32,000 bases of DNA from Vibrio cholerae ATCC 14035 (GCF_000621645.1 NZ_KK211323.1:192517-224516), one strand, 5' to 3'; counted from the first letter of the stretch, positions 1 to 8,730 are shown. Program-made: numbers and translations. The notes: generated by a model not told the origin, from the letters alone.

Positions 1-1149
1 AGACGCTTGCGCACCTTCAGTCAGAGAGTCTACCCATGGGCCGTCAATGTGGCTTGCCACGTGTTCGCTGATGAATTCGATACGCTCTTTGTCATCGGCT
101 GGAACTTCAAGGCTGAAGCTTTGTAGGTTCAGCGACGTTTGCCAAGTGTTACCTTGCGCTTTGAAAATGGGCAGACCCGTGTCAAAAGCAGGCTTACATA
201 GGCTAACCAGTTCACGTGGGATGTCGTAGCCGCCAGTCAGCAGTACGGCACCGATTTCCACACCGTTCATTGCTGCGAGTGCCGCAGCCACAATCACGTC
301 AGGACGATCAGCGGAGGTTACTAGGAGTGAGCCTGGTTTGAAGTGCTCAATCATGTTCGGGATAGAGCGAGCACAGAAAGTGATGCTCTTGATACGACGA
401 GTATTGATATCACCTTGGTTGATGATCTCAGCTTTCAGGTGCTTCGCCATATCGATAGCACGAGTCGCAATCAGGTCGATGCTCCATGGTACACAGCCCA
501 GCACACGAATTGGGCTGGTGTTGAAGATCTGCATCACTTCAAGGTTAGCTTGTTTCGCATGGTCAGCATCATCAAAGATCTCTGACAGGTCAGGACGAGT
601 ACGGCCAGCTTCATCAACAGGGGCATTCAGCTTGTTGATGATAACGCCAGAGATGCTCTTGTTCTTGGTGCCACCAAAGTTAGAGCACGCGACTTCAATG
701 CGCTCTTTCAGTTGCGTTGGGTTATCAGTACCCGGAGTGGCAACGAACACAATTTCTGCACCGAGAGTGTTGGCGATCTCCGCGTTCACTTGGTTAGCAA
801 AAGGGTGCTTACGCGTTGGAACCAGACCTTCGATCAGAGTCACTTCTGCATCTTTGTTGATCTGGTTGTAACGCTCAACCACGGTTTCCAGCAGAACGTC
901 CATCTTCTCGCTACCGATCAGAGTCTCGGCGGCAGACATACTCATCGGCTGGCCGATCTTGATGTCGCTGTTGCGGCTCATGACAGTAGACGTCAGGTCA
1001 GGTTGATCATCGCCAGTACGTGGCTGCGCGATAGGCTTATAGAAAGAAACGCTAACCCCTTTACGCTCCATGGCGCGCAGGAGACCCATGCTCACGCTGG
1101 TCAGACCGACGCCAGCGCTGATTGGGATAAGCATAATAGTACGGGACAT
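1..1149 (-). CDS. pta: phosphate acetyltransferase Pta, N-terminal 383 codons (3' end lies beyond the window start)
   Basis: Absent from the ORF track because it runs off the window. The reverse complement from ATG (1149-1147) reads [43 protein letters not shown]... and stays open to base 1 (...[48 protein letters not shown]...). This is colinear with the E. coli Pta N-terminal region. It lies directly downstream of ackA, as in the ackA-pta operon. Confidence 0.93.
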
Positions 1150-1248
1150 TGGTAAAGTACCTCAACACTATTGATACCAATCTAAGGTGCTTAGATTGAA
1201 AGTGACAAAGCTCAAACGCAGGACAGGCTTACGCTGAGCCCCTAAATG

Positions 1249-1276
1249 ACACTGGCTAACCTGAGTTAGCCAGTGT
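1249..1276 (-). terminator. intercistronic 12-bp stem-loop between ackA and pta (partial terminator or mRNA stabiliser)
   Basis: ACACTGGCTAAC (1249-1260) pairs perfectly with GTTAGCCAGTGT (1265-1276) around a 4-nt loop, 9 nt after the ackA stop. No U-run follows on the minus strand, so this is not a canonical intrinsic terminator. Confidence 0.4.
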
Positions 1277-1284
1277 AAGTCGTA

Positions 1285-2481
1285 TTAGATGTTCGTCAGA
1301 CGAGCTGTATCTTCTGCAATCACTAACTCTTCGTTAGTCGCGATAACCATCGCTGGGATACGGCTGTCTGCAGTGGTGATCACACCTTCACCGCCGAAAC
1401 GGGCTTTCAGGTTTGCTGCGCTGTCAACGGTGATACCGAAAATCGCTAGACGGTTCAGAACCATTTCACGGATTGGCGCAGAGTTTTCACCGATACCACC
1501 AGTGAAGGTGATCGCGTCCAGACGGCCGTCTAGGCTTGCTGTGTAGCCAGCAACGTATTTCGCTAGGCGGTGACAGAATACGTCCATTGCGCGAGTTGCT
1601 TCTTCTTTTTGGCCGTAGTTGTCTTCAACGAAACGGCAGTCAGAAGTCACTTCAGTCAGACCCAACAGACCCGATTCTTTGGTCAGCATGGTGTTGATTT
1701 TCTCAACTGAGTAACCCAGCGTGTCGTGCAGGTGGAAAATGATCGCAGGATCGATATCACCACAACGAGTACCCATCACCAGACCTTCCAGTGGAGTCAG
1801 ACCCATAGATGTGTCAACCGATTGGCCGTTTTTGATCGCACACACAGAAGCACCGTTGCCTAGGTGGCAGTTGATGATGTTCAGTTCGTTTGCAGGTTTG
1901 CCCAGACGCTCAGCCGCTTCACGTGCGATGAACAGGTGAGACGTACCGTGCATGCCGTAGCGACGAATACCGTGCTCTTTGTACAGGTTGTATGGCAGAG
2001 CGTACAGGTACGCTTCTTCTGGCATTGTTTGGTGGAACGCAGTGTCGAATACCGCAACATTTTTCAGCTCTGGGAACGCTTTTTGCGCCGCTTTGATACC
2101 GATGATGTGTGCTGGGTTGTGCAGTGGAGCGAGTGCTGCACAATCTTCGATGCCTTTCAGTACAGCGTCGTCAATCAGTGCAGATTGAGTGAACTGCTCA
2201 CCACCGTGTACCACGCGGTGACCGATCGCTTTCAGTTGAGCTGCCAGTTCTGGTTTAGAAGCAAGAATAGTTTCAACGATGAAAGACAGAGCTTCATCGT
2301 GTGCAGCGCCTTCGCCCAGTTGAGCTTCGTGCTTGCCGTCCAATTTCCACTTGATACGAGCTTCAGGAAGGTGTAAACATTCAGCGAGACCTGAAAGATG
2401 TTGTTCACCGCTTTGAGCGTCAACAACTGCGAACTTAAGTGAAGAACTACCGCAGTTTAAAACTAAAACCAGCTTAGACAT
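1285..2481 (-). CDS. ackA: acetate kinase
   Basis: 398-aa ORF. It starts [21 protein letters not shown] and is colinear with enterobacterial AckA along its whole length ([46 protein letters not shown]). It lies upstream of pta. Confidence 0.97.
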   Translation of the reverse strand: MSKLVLVLNCGSSSLKFAVVDAQSGEQHLSGLAECLHLPEARIKWKLDGKHEAQLGEGAAHDEALSFIVETILASKPELAAQLKAIGHRVVHGGEQFTQSALIDDAVLKGIEDCAALAPLHNPAHIIGIKAAQKAFPELKNVAVFDTAFHQTMPEEAYLYALPYNLYKEHGIRRYGMHGTSHLFIAREAAERLGKPANELNIINCHLGNGASVCAIKNGQSVDTSMGLTPLEGLVMGTRCGDIDPAIIFHLHDTLGYSVEKINTMLTKESGLLGLTEVTSDCRFVEDNYGQKEEATRAMDVFCHRLAKYVAGYTASLDGRLDAITFTGGIGENSAPIREMVLNRLAIFGITVDSAANLKARFGGEGVITTADSRIPAMVIATNEELVIAEDTARLTNI

Positions 2482-2833
2482 GAGTGACTACCTGTAATAA
2501 TCGGTTGGGATAAAAAAATCAGTACCAAGAGTAGATGACGCCTCGATGAATGCGCCCTAATCTCGGTCAATAAAACGTCAATTTCCGTATCGTGAAGACG
2601 TGACAAAGTCAGTATAAGTCGTCGATGCAATCCGTGCAGGAATCGTCTCAACGTTGCCTAAATTGTAAATAAGGGCAACAATGAGATTGAGAGTCCGCAA
2701 AGCATAGCGATAATGGACAAATATAACAAAAAAAATTTGAATCAATATTAGCTTTTGTCAAATTTTTGCGTCTTTTGTTGAATCATTCAACTAAATTTCA
2801 GTGGGTTGAGCAAAGAGCAGCGAGGAAGTGGAT

Positions 2834-3286
2834 ATGAATAATAAAGTCGGCATAGTGCATAGCCTAAAAGATGGCCAGAAGTACATGGATATTTGGCCGA
2901 TGCGCAAAGAGTTAAATCCACTGTTCCCTGAGCAACGCGTGATTAAAGCCACACGCTTTGCGATTAAAGTGATGCCTGCGGTTGCGGCGATCAGCGTGCT
3001 GACACAAATGGTGTTTGCCAACACGCAGGCCATGCCTCAGGCGATTGTGGTCGCTTTATTTGCTATGAGCTTGCCACTGCAAGGCATTTGGTGGCTCGGT
3101 CACCGTGCCAATACCCAACTACCTCCGGCGCTTGCGAGCTGGTATCGCGAACTCTATATGAAGATCGTCGAAACTGGTTTTGCACTGGAGCCGATCAAAA
3201 GCAAACCGCGCTATAAAGAGCTCGCGCAAGTGTTGAATCGTGCGTTTCGACAACTGGATGATACTGCGCTAGAACGCTGGTTTTAA
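2834..3286 (+). CDS. yfbV: UPF0208 / YfbV-like inner-membrane protein
   Basis: The track ORF is 2828-3286 (GTG). The likelier start is ATG 2834, preceded by GAGGAAG (2822-2828). It has two central hydrophobic helices ([16 protein letters not shown] and [19 protein letters not shown]). It is divergent from ackA, as E. coli yfbV is. The family call rests on synteny and memory. Confidence 0.75.
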   Translation: MNNKVGIVHSLKDGQKYMDIWPMRKELNPLFPEQRVIKATRFAIKVMPAVAAISVLTQMVFANTQAMPQAIVVALFAMSLPLQGIWWLGHRANTQLPPALASWYRELYMKIVETGFALEPIKSKPRYKELAQVLNRAFRQLDDTALERWF

Positions 3287-3316
3287 GGCTACCGAGTAGG
3301 CTATTTGTCCCATCAG

Positions 3317-3360
3317 TGTGACCAACGAATATCGAATAGCATATCGAATCGTTGGTCACA
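3317..3360. repeat. 12-bp perfect inverted repeat with an internally repeated loop, between convergent genes
   Basis: TGTGACCAACGA (3317-3328) and TCGTTGGTCACA (3349-3360) flank a 20-nt loop, ATATCGAA-TAGC-ATATCGAA. It sits between the yfbV stop (3286) and the stop of the minus-strand gene (3409). Neither side has a U-run. Confidence 0.6.
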
Positions 3361-3408
3361 GAAACTTGCCGCGTGCCAAGGCAACCTATCCCATGAGATC
3401 AAGATCAG

Positions 3409-3819
3409 TTAGCGCTGATTGTAGCGACTGCGAGACGTTCTTTCTTTATGAGCAGAGGCCGCTTTCGCCTGAGATTTCAAAATAGAGTCTACCGTTAATG
3501 CCATCGGCTCTTTAGGGTGTAGGCCGTGAGGGAAAGTTCTTGCGCGTGGCGGGAGAGTAAACTCTTCACTGGAAGCGCGAGGCATGCGTTTAAAGCGATA
3601 GAGATAAAAATTTTCTAGTTTTTCTCGTGCCCACTCGGTCTTGTTTAAATATTTGACACTGCTGGCAATCGAAGGCTTGGTATGAAAGCAGTTAAAGCGC
3701 ATTGCAGTATCTAAAATATCCCAGCCATAAAAATCCACCAGCTCTTGTAGCAAGGTTTCTAACTTAAGGCCGTGTAGTGGATTGTTCTTTTGTAGTTCGA
3801 TTCTTTCTTGATCGGTCAT
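3409..3819 (-). CDS. VF530/DUF2132-family small protein with a basic C-terminal tail
   Basis: 136-aa ORF. The N-terminal part (NPLHGLKLETLLQELVDFYGWDILDTAMRFNCFHTKPSIASSVKYLNKTEWAREKLENFYLY) matches my recollection of the VF530 four-helix domain. The tail is rich in K/R/S. Confidence 0.7.
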   Translation of the reverse strand: MTDQERIELQKNNPLHGLKLETLLQELVDFYGWDILDTAMRFNCFHTKPSIASSVKYLNKTEWAREKLENFYLYRFKRMPRASSEEFTLPPRARTFPHGLHPKEPMALTVDSILKSQAKAASAHKERTSRSRYNQR

Positions 3820-4256
3820 AATAATCGGCTCCTAAGGGTAAATAGAGTAGGTATACCAAGATTTGGCAGAGATGAGCCATGTACTTGTTGACCTCTGCGC
3901 GGCGGCGCATTCTAGCAGAGTTGATCTTACATCCCTATGGTTATCTGTTATGGGGATCATCTTTTATGGGGTCACCTTAATCATAGCGTTTATCTGGGTT
4001 CATGAGAGTGAACTTGCCTACCATCCTCTGTCGCTCCACGTCGTTTGGGAAGAGAGATAGTTAACTTCACTTCCATTTTCGACATTGACCAAATTCTGAG
4101 CTTTTTTCTGTTATCTAACTGTTAAATCCTACTTCCCTTTGCCTAAAGTTACTGGTAATAATGTTGTCAGCGACACCCTAAGTGTCCAATAACAACTATT
4201 AAAGCTACACCCACACACAACATCATAAAAACTATGCTTTATATCAAGGAGTTAAG

Positions 4257-5222
4257 ATGAGAGCAGGCAAAGTTATTGCTACCGCCGTTCTAGCCGGAGC
4301 TGCACTACTGTCTTCCCAGAGTATCATGGCCAAAACAGCCAAAGTCGCGGTATCACAAATTGTGGAACACCCCGCTTTAGATGCGACACGTCAAGGGCTA
4401 CTCGATGGATTGAAAGCCAAAGGCTATGAAGAGGGCAAAAATCTAGAGTTTGATTACAAAACCGCGCAAGGCAACCCTGCCATTGCGGTCCAAATTGCCC
4501 GTCAATTTGTCGGTGAAAACCCAGATGTTTTAGTCGGTATTGCGACACCTACCGCCCAAGCACTGGTTTCTGCCACAAAAACCATACCTATTGTGTTTAC
4601 CGCAGTGACTGACCCTGTTGGGGCTAAGTTGGTGAAACAACTTGAACAACCGGGCAAAAACGTCACGGGTTTGTCAGATTTGTCTCCGGTTGAGCAACAT
4701 GTTGAACTGATTAAAGAAATCCTACCCAACGTCAAATCGATTGGCGTGGTGTACAACCCAGGTGAAGCCAATGCGGTCAGTTTAATGGAGTTACTCAAAC
4801 TCTCGGCGGCAAAACATGGTATTAAGCTGGTCGAAGCGACTGCGCTGAAAAGTGCTGATGTTCAATCAGCCACCCAAGCGATTGCAGAAAAGTCCGATGT
4901 GATTTATGCCCTGATCGACAACACAGTTGCCAGTGCAATCGAAGGTATGATTGTGGCGGCTAACCAAGCCAAAACCCCAGTCTTTGGTGCAGCAACGTCT
5001 TATGTAGAACGCGGCGCAATTGCCAGCCTAGGTTTTGACTATTACCAAATCGGAGTGCAAACCGCTGACTACGTGGCGGCTATTTTAGAAGGTAAAGAGC
5101 CGGGTTCGCTTGATGTTCAAGTGGCAAAAGGTTCGGATCTTGTGATCAACAAAACCGCCGCAGAACAGTTAGGCATCACCATTCCTGAAGCCGTACTTGC
5201 GCGTGCAACCAGTACCAAATAA
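4257..5222 (+). CDS. ABC transporter periplasmic substrate-binding protein (ABC_sub_bind / COG2984 type), substrate unknown
   Basis: Strong RBS AAGGAG upstream. Signal peptide MRAGKVIATAVLAGAALLSSQSIMA. The mature sequence (VAVSQIVEHPALDATRQGLLDGLKAKGYEEGKNLEFDYKTAQGNP...) is typical of this family. The cognate permease and ATPase follow. Confidence 0.88.
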   Translation: MRAGKVIATAVLAGAALLSSQSIMAKTAKVAVSQIVEHPALDATRQGLLDGLKAKGYEEGKNLEFDYKTAQGNPAIAVQIARQFVGENPDVLVGIATPTAQALVSATKTIPIVFTAVTDPVGAKLVKQLEQPGKNVTGLSDLSPVEQHVELIKEILPNVKSIGVVYNPGEANAVSLMELLKLSAAKHGIKLVEATALKSADVQSATQAIAEKSDVIYALIDNTVASAIEGMIVAANQAKTPVFGAATSYVERGAIASLGFDYYQIGVQTADYVAAILEGKEPGSLDVQVAKGSDLVINKTAAEQLGITIPEAVLARATSTK

Positions 5223-5336
5223 GTAAGCTCTATCCAAATGACGAGGGGGTAACGCTTGACGCGCTAGCCCCTCGTCGGAAGCGTATATTCCAAGGAGTTG
5301 GGGTATTTCAACTTCTGTAAGCAGAAAGGAGTATGT

Positions 5337-6281
5337 ATGTCTGCTTTTGCCTTTTTTGGCGCTTTGGAGCTTGGCTTGTTGTATGGCTTAGTAGCTTTGG
5401 GCGTGTATTTAACTTTCCGAGTGCTGGATTTCCCTGATTTGAGCGTCGACGGCAGTTTCCCAATGGGCGCTGCGGTGGCGGCTACTGCGATTGTGGCAGG
5501 AATTAATCCATGGGTGGCGACAGGATTGGCCATTCTTGCTGGCGCCGCTACCGGTTGGGTCACGGCTTTTCTGAGTGTGCGATGTGGTATCTTGCATCTC
5601 TTGGCCTCGATTTTGACCATGATTGCTGCGTTTTCCATCAACATCCGCATTATGGGACGTCCTAATCTGGCCTTATTGGGTGAAGACACCATTTTGACCC
5701 CGTTTGAAGCCTTGGGTGATCCTGTCTTAATTCGTCCTCTCGTTGTCGCAGTATTGGTCGTGATTTCTGCGCTATTGGTTATTCGACTGCTCAACAGCGA
5801 TTTCGGTTTAGGATTGCGAGCCACAGGTGTCAACGCTCGTATGGTGGCAGCCCAAGGGGCAAGCACCGCGTTTTACACGTATTTCTGTTTGGCTCTGTCT
5901 AATGGTTTTGTCGGTTTTGCAGGGGCTCTATTTGCGCAAACCAACAGTTTTGCGGATGTCACTTCTGGCGTTGGTACAATTGTGGTGGGGCTTGCTGCGG
6001 TTATTTTAGGACAAACCCTGATCCCCGGTCGCAAGATCTGGGTCGCTGTCGTGGCGGTCATTGTCGGCTCTGTGCTGTACCGTTTAGCGGTTGCCTTCGC
6101 ACTCAGTTCAGGCATGTTTGGCTTACAAGCGTCCGATCTTAACTTGGTGACTGCCGTGTTAGTGGCTTTGGCGCTGATCATGCCGAAGATTAAAAGGAAT
6201 TTAAAATCAAAAAAGCGTAACGCACCTGCTCAGAAGCCCGAAGTCTCTCAGCAGGGAAGCGTGTCAGGAGATGCAGTATGA
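5337..6281 (+). CDS. ABC transporter permease (COG4120 type)
   Basis: The track ORF starts at TTG 5298. The likelier start is ATG 5337, 5 nt after AAAGGAG (5325-5331). The protein is polytopic and hydrophobic throughout. Its stop overlaps the ATPase start (ATGA at 6278-6281). Confidence 0.88.
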   Translation: MSAFAFFGALELGLLYGLVALGVYLTFRVLDFPDLSVDGSFPMGAAVAATAIVAGINPWVATGLAILAGAATGWVTAFLSVRCGILHLLASILTMIAAFSINIRIMGRPNLALLGEDTILTPFEALGDPVLIRPLVVAVLVVISALLVIRLLNSDFGLGLRATGVNARMVAAQGASTAFYTYFCLALSNGFVGFAGALFAQTNSFADVTSGVGTIVVGLAAVILGQTLIPGRKIWVAVVAVIVGSVLYRLAVAFALSSGMFGLQASDLNLVTAVLVALALIMPKIKRNLKSKKRNAPAQKPEVSQQGSVSGDAV

Positions 6282-7015
6282 TCCGTTTGCAAGATATTCA
6301 GGTGACGTTTAACCCTGGCACGATTCTGGAAAATCGCGCATTACGCGGCGTATCGCTAGAGGTTCCGGAACACCAATTTTTAACCGTGATTGGCTCTAAC
6401 GGGGCGGGGAAGTCGACGCTACTCGGTGCGGTCACTGGTGAAACGCCTATCGTGGGCGGTCAGGTGTTAATTGATGAGATTGATGTAACCAAACAGAGTG
6501 TGGATCAGCGTGCGAATCTGTGTGCTCGCGTGTTTCAAGACCCATTAGCGGGAACCTGTGGAGCCCTGACCATCGAAGAGAATATGGCGCTCGCTTATAT
6601 GCGCGGTAAAAAACGTGGTTGGAGCTTGGCGCTCTCAAACCAGCGCCGGAAGTTGTTCCAAGAACGGATCAGCATCCTCGGTTTGGGGTTAGAAGATCGT
6701 CTCGGTGACAATATTGGTTTGCTCTCAGGTGGTCAGCGTCAGGCGGTGAGTTTGGTGATGGCGACACTGTCAGAAAGCAAGCTCTTGCTCTTAGATGAAC
6801 ACACGGCGGCACTCGATCCTCGTATGGCGGCATTCATTATCGATCTCACGAAAAAAATTGTTAAAGAGTTCAATTTAACCGTGATGATGGTGACCCACTC
6901 GATGAAAGATGCTCTGGCTTGTGGTGATCGCACCGTCATGCTGCATCAAGGTCAGATTGTCTTGGATGTCACAGGGGAACAGCGCGCGAACATGGGCGTT
7001 CCTGAGCTTTTCTAA
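6278..7015 (+). CDS. ABC transporter ATP-binding protein (COG1101 type); the C-terminal tail appears frameshifted
   Basis: Walker A GSNGAGKST, signature LSGGQRQ, Walker B LLLLDEHTAALD, H-loop VTHSM. The ORF stops at TAA 7013-7015, but the +1 frame continues FSKVRGEELADDSLLLS to TAA 7059-7061 (see findings). Confidence 0.9.
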   Translation: MIRLQDIQVTFNPGTILENRALRGVSLEVPEHQFLTVIGSNGAGKSTLLGAVTGETPIVGGQVLIDEIDVTKQSVDQRANLCARVFQDPLAGTCGALTIEENMALAYMRGKKRGWSLALSNQRRKLFQERISILGLGLEDRLGDNIGLLSGGQRQAVSLVMATLSESKLLLLDEHTAALDPRMAAFIIDLTKKIVKEFNLTVMMVTHSMKDALACGDRTVMLHQGQIVLDVTGEQRANMGVPELF

Positions 7016-7116
7016 AGTGCGTGGAGAAGAGTTGGCAGACGATAGTTTGCTACTGAGTTAAGTGCCTGTTTGAATAGAAAACGGTGAGGAAAAAGAGACG
7101 GATGATGAACAAGCGC

Positions 7117-7145
7117 TAACACTGTTTTGTGTTTTTTGGCATAAT
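7117..7145 (+). promoter_or_regulatory. candidate extended -10 promoter upstream of the cdgK leader
   Basis: TGgCATAAT at 7137-7145 fits the TGn + hexamer pattern. The -35 (TAACAC, 7117-7122) is weak. This rests on sequence pattern only. Confidence 0.3.
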
Positions 7146-7166
7146 CGCCGCAACGCAATATCCCTA

Positions 7167-7205
7167 CCCATCATAAGCGTTATCGGTTTATGGTGGGTTT
7201 TTCAT
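7167..7205 (+). terminator. rho-independent terminator located 22 nt upstream of the cyclase start codon
   Basis: CCCATCATAA (7167-7176) pairs with TTATGGTGGG (7188-7197) in 10 bp, including one G-U pair, around an 11-nt loop. TTTTTCATTT follows immediately. Confidence 0.65.
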
Positions 7206-7227
7206 TTCTAGAGGTTAGCAGGCAATT

Positions 7228-8697
7228 ATGAATCAGCGCATGAGTTTAACTTGGATTATCTGTGCGCCACTGTTTATCGTTTTTGTGCTGGCCGCATCGG
7301 TCTTTCAGCAATATCTGTACGATCTTAACCAAGAAATTGACGACGCCTACGCTGACATTCAACAGCAGCTTGAGCGCGCCGAAAAAGTGGTGACAGCGCT
7401 GGATTACACTTTCACGCATAATCAACGCCCGGCAGAGAATATATTGTTTAAACACTCAGCCCGTGTGGTTGCGAATGTTTGCCAAATCAAACCGATAGAT
7501 GGGTTAGTTCTGGCTCAGGGGCTGAGTTCCAGCTTTGCTGTTCCCAAATTAGATCTAAGTTATATGCTGATTGGGGATGCCTCGTTATGCGATTCCAAAC
7601 CAAGTCATGATCCCAGTTTACAAATCAAACTCTCCATGGCTCCTATACTCTCGTTTTTGCATGACATGGATGAATATATTTATGGTGTGCATTATGTGGA
7701 TAGCAGCGGTTATATCATTTCATCGCCGGATACCATCAGCGAAAAGGTAACCTATCAGCAAATTAAAGACTTTATCAGCGAGAGTCCTTTGTGGAGCCAT
7801 GCGATTGCTGCCCCCAATATGATTGCCGTTGATGGGCCTTATCGCTCAGTGATCAGAGAGCAACATGAGTGGTTATTAACACTGATTCTGCCCGTTTACC
7901 GTGACGCGGATTATCAAGGACTCGTTGCGGTAGATATTGGTTTACGCGAACTGCTTAGCCGCATGCCTCATTTAGCATCTCGTTTTGACATGATTGATTT
8001 GAATGAGATGGCTATTCCAACGTTTGCCTATCGTCCACACAAGCTCACCAGTGAATATGCAGACTATCATCAGGTGGTATTTTATAAGTTGGATATTCAG
8101 TCCGAATTGAGCAATTTTCTTACTGAGAAGAGCGGTAATTTACTGGTCGTTGCTCTGGTGTACCTCTTTCTCACAGGCGTACTTATCTATCTCAATACGC
8201 GCTGGGATCGCCAGCATTATGCGCAGCTCGCCGCGCGTGATCCGATGACGGGTTTACTCAATCGACGTGGTATGGAAAGCTTTCTGAAAGGCAAACGCCA
8301 CAGTCAATATTTAGCCATTGCCGTGTTGGATATCGATGACTTCAAACAGATCAATGATGCTTATGGTCATGATATGGGGGATAGAGTGATCTGCTACATT
8401 GGTGAGCAGATTGAAAACCATATTCGTAGCTCAGATGCCGTGGCACGCTTTGGTGGCGAAGAATTTGTGGTTTATGTCACAGCAAAAGAAAAAGAGCAGA
8501 TCACGAGAATTATGCAGCGCATTTTTGATGCGGTTTGCCGCGAGTCCCCTTTAATACTAGAGCCAGGTTTTACCATCTCTGGTGGGATAGAGGTGGTTGA
8601 AAGTACAACCGATCGCAGTTTTGAAGATTTGTTTAAAGCCGCTGATGAAAAGTTGTATGTAGCGAAAACCAGCGGCAAAAATCAGTTGGTTTACTGA
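7228..8697 (+). CDS. cdgK: membrane-bound diguanylate cyclase with a periplasmic sensor domain (GGDEF, intact I-site)
   Basis: 489 aa. TM1 is LTWIICAPLFIVFVLAASVF, followed by about 270 aa of periplasmic region and TM2 LLVVALVYLFLTGVLIYL. The GGDEF domain then follows (RDPMTGLLNRRGMESFL ... RSSD-AVARF-GGEEF, i.e. RxxD five residues before GGEEF). The symbol cdgK comes from my recollection that this position corresponds to VC1104 in N16961. Confidence 0.85.
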   Translation: MNQRMSLTWIICAPLFIVFVLAASVFQQYLYDLNQEIDDAYADIQQQLERAEKVVTALDYTFTHNQRPAENILFKHSARVVANVCQIKPIDGLVLAQGLSSSFAVPKLDLSYMLIGDASLCDSKPSHDPSLQIKLSMAPILSFLHDMDEYIYGVHYVDSSGYIISSPDTISEKVTYQQIKDFISESPLWSHAIAAPNMIAVDGPYRSVIREQHEWLLTLILPVYRDADYQGLVAVDIGLRELLSRMPHLASRFDMIDLNEMAIPTFAYRPHKLTSEYADYHQVVFYKLDIQSELSNFLTEKSGNLLVVALVYLFLTGVLIYLNTRWDRQHYAQLAARDPMTGLLNRRGMESFLKGKRHSQYLAIAVLDIDDFKQINDAYGHDMGDRVICYIGEQIENHIRSSDAVARFGGEEFVVYVTAKEKEQITRIMQRIFDAVCRESPLILEPGFTISGGIEVVESTTDRSFEDLFKAADEKLYVAKTSGKNQLVY

Positions 8698-8730
8698 TCA
8701 GTTGATTTACTGATTCGTTGTTTTACTCAT
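8683..8730. repeat. three tandem 16-nt units spanning the cdgK stop and the whole cdgK/dusC intergenic space
   Basis: CAGTTGGTTTACTGAT (8683-8698), CAGTTGATTTACTGAT (8699-8714; 15/16 identical) and TCGTTGTTTTACTCAT (8715-8730; 12/16). Confidence 0.85.

Noticed and set aside
47-1155. Plus-strand ORFs 47-229, 338-871, 343-585 and 712-1155
   Set aside because: They lie antisense to a clearly recognisable pta reading frame that the track omits because it runs off the window. Their sequences are low-complexity shadow-frame products with no recognisable motifs or RBS.
3863-4060. 65-aa plus-strand ORF with one hydrophobic segment, in the 437-bp region upstream of the ABC operon
   Set aside because: It has a TTG start and no Shine-Dalgarno before it or before the internal ATGs (3872, 3950). 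I cannot support it as a gene, although a small membrane peptide cannot be excluded without Ribo-seq.
5264-5866. 200-aa minus-strand ORF antisense to the ABC permease (also 5873-6181)
   Set aside because: It is the shadow frame of a GC-rich membrane-protein gene. The product is Ala/Thr/Lys/Pro-rich and low-complexity, and it has no start context.
7102-7119. Five-codon mini-ORF (MMNKR) upstream of the cdgK leader terminator, considered as an attenuation leader peptide
   Set aside because: It is too short, it ends about 50 nt before the hairpin, and it shows no regulatory codon bias. I see no basis for a ribosome-mediated attenuation model.
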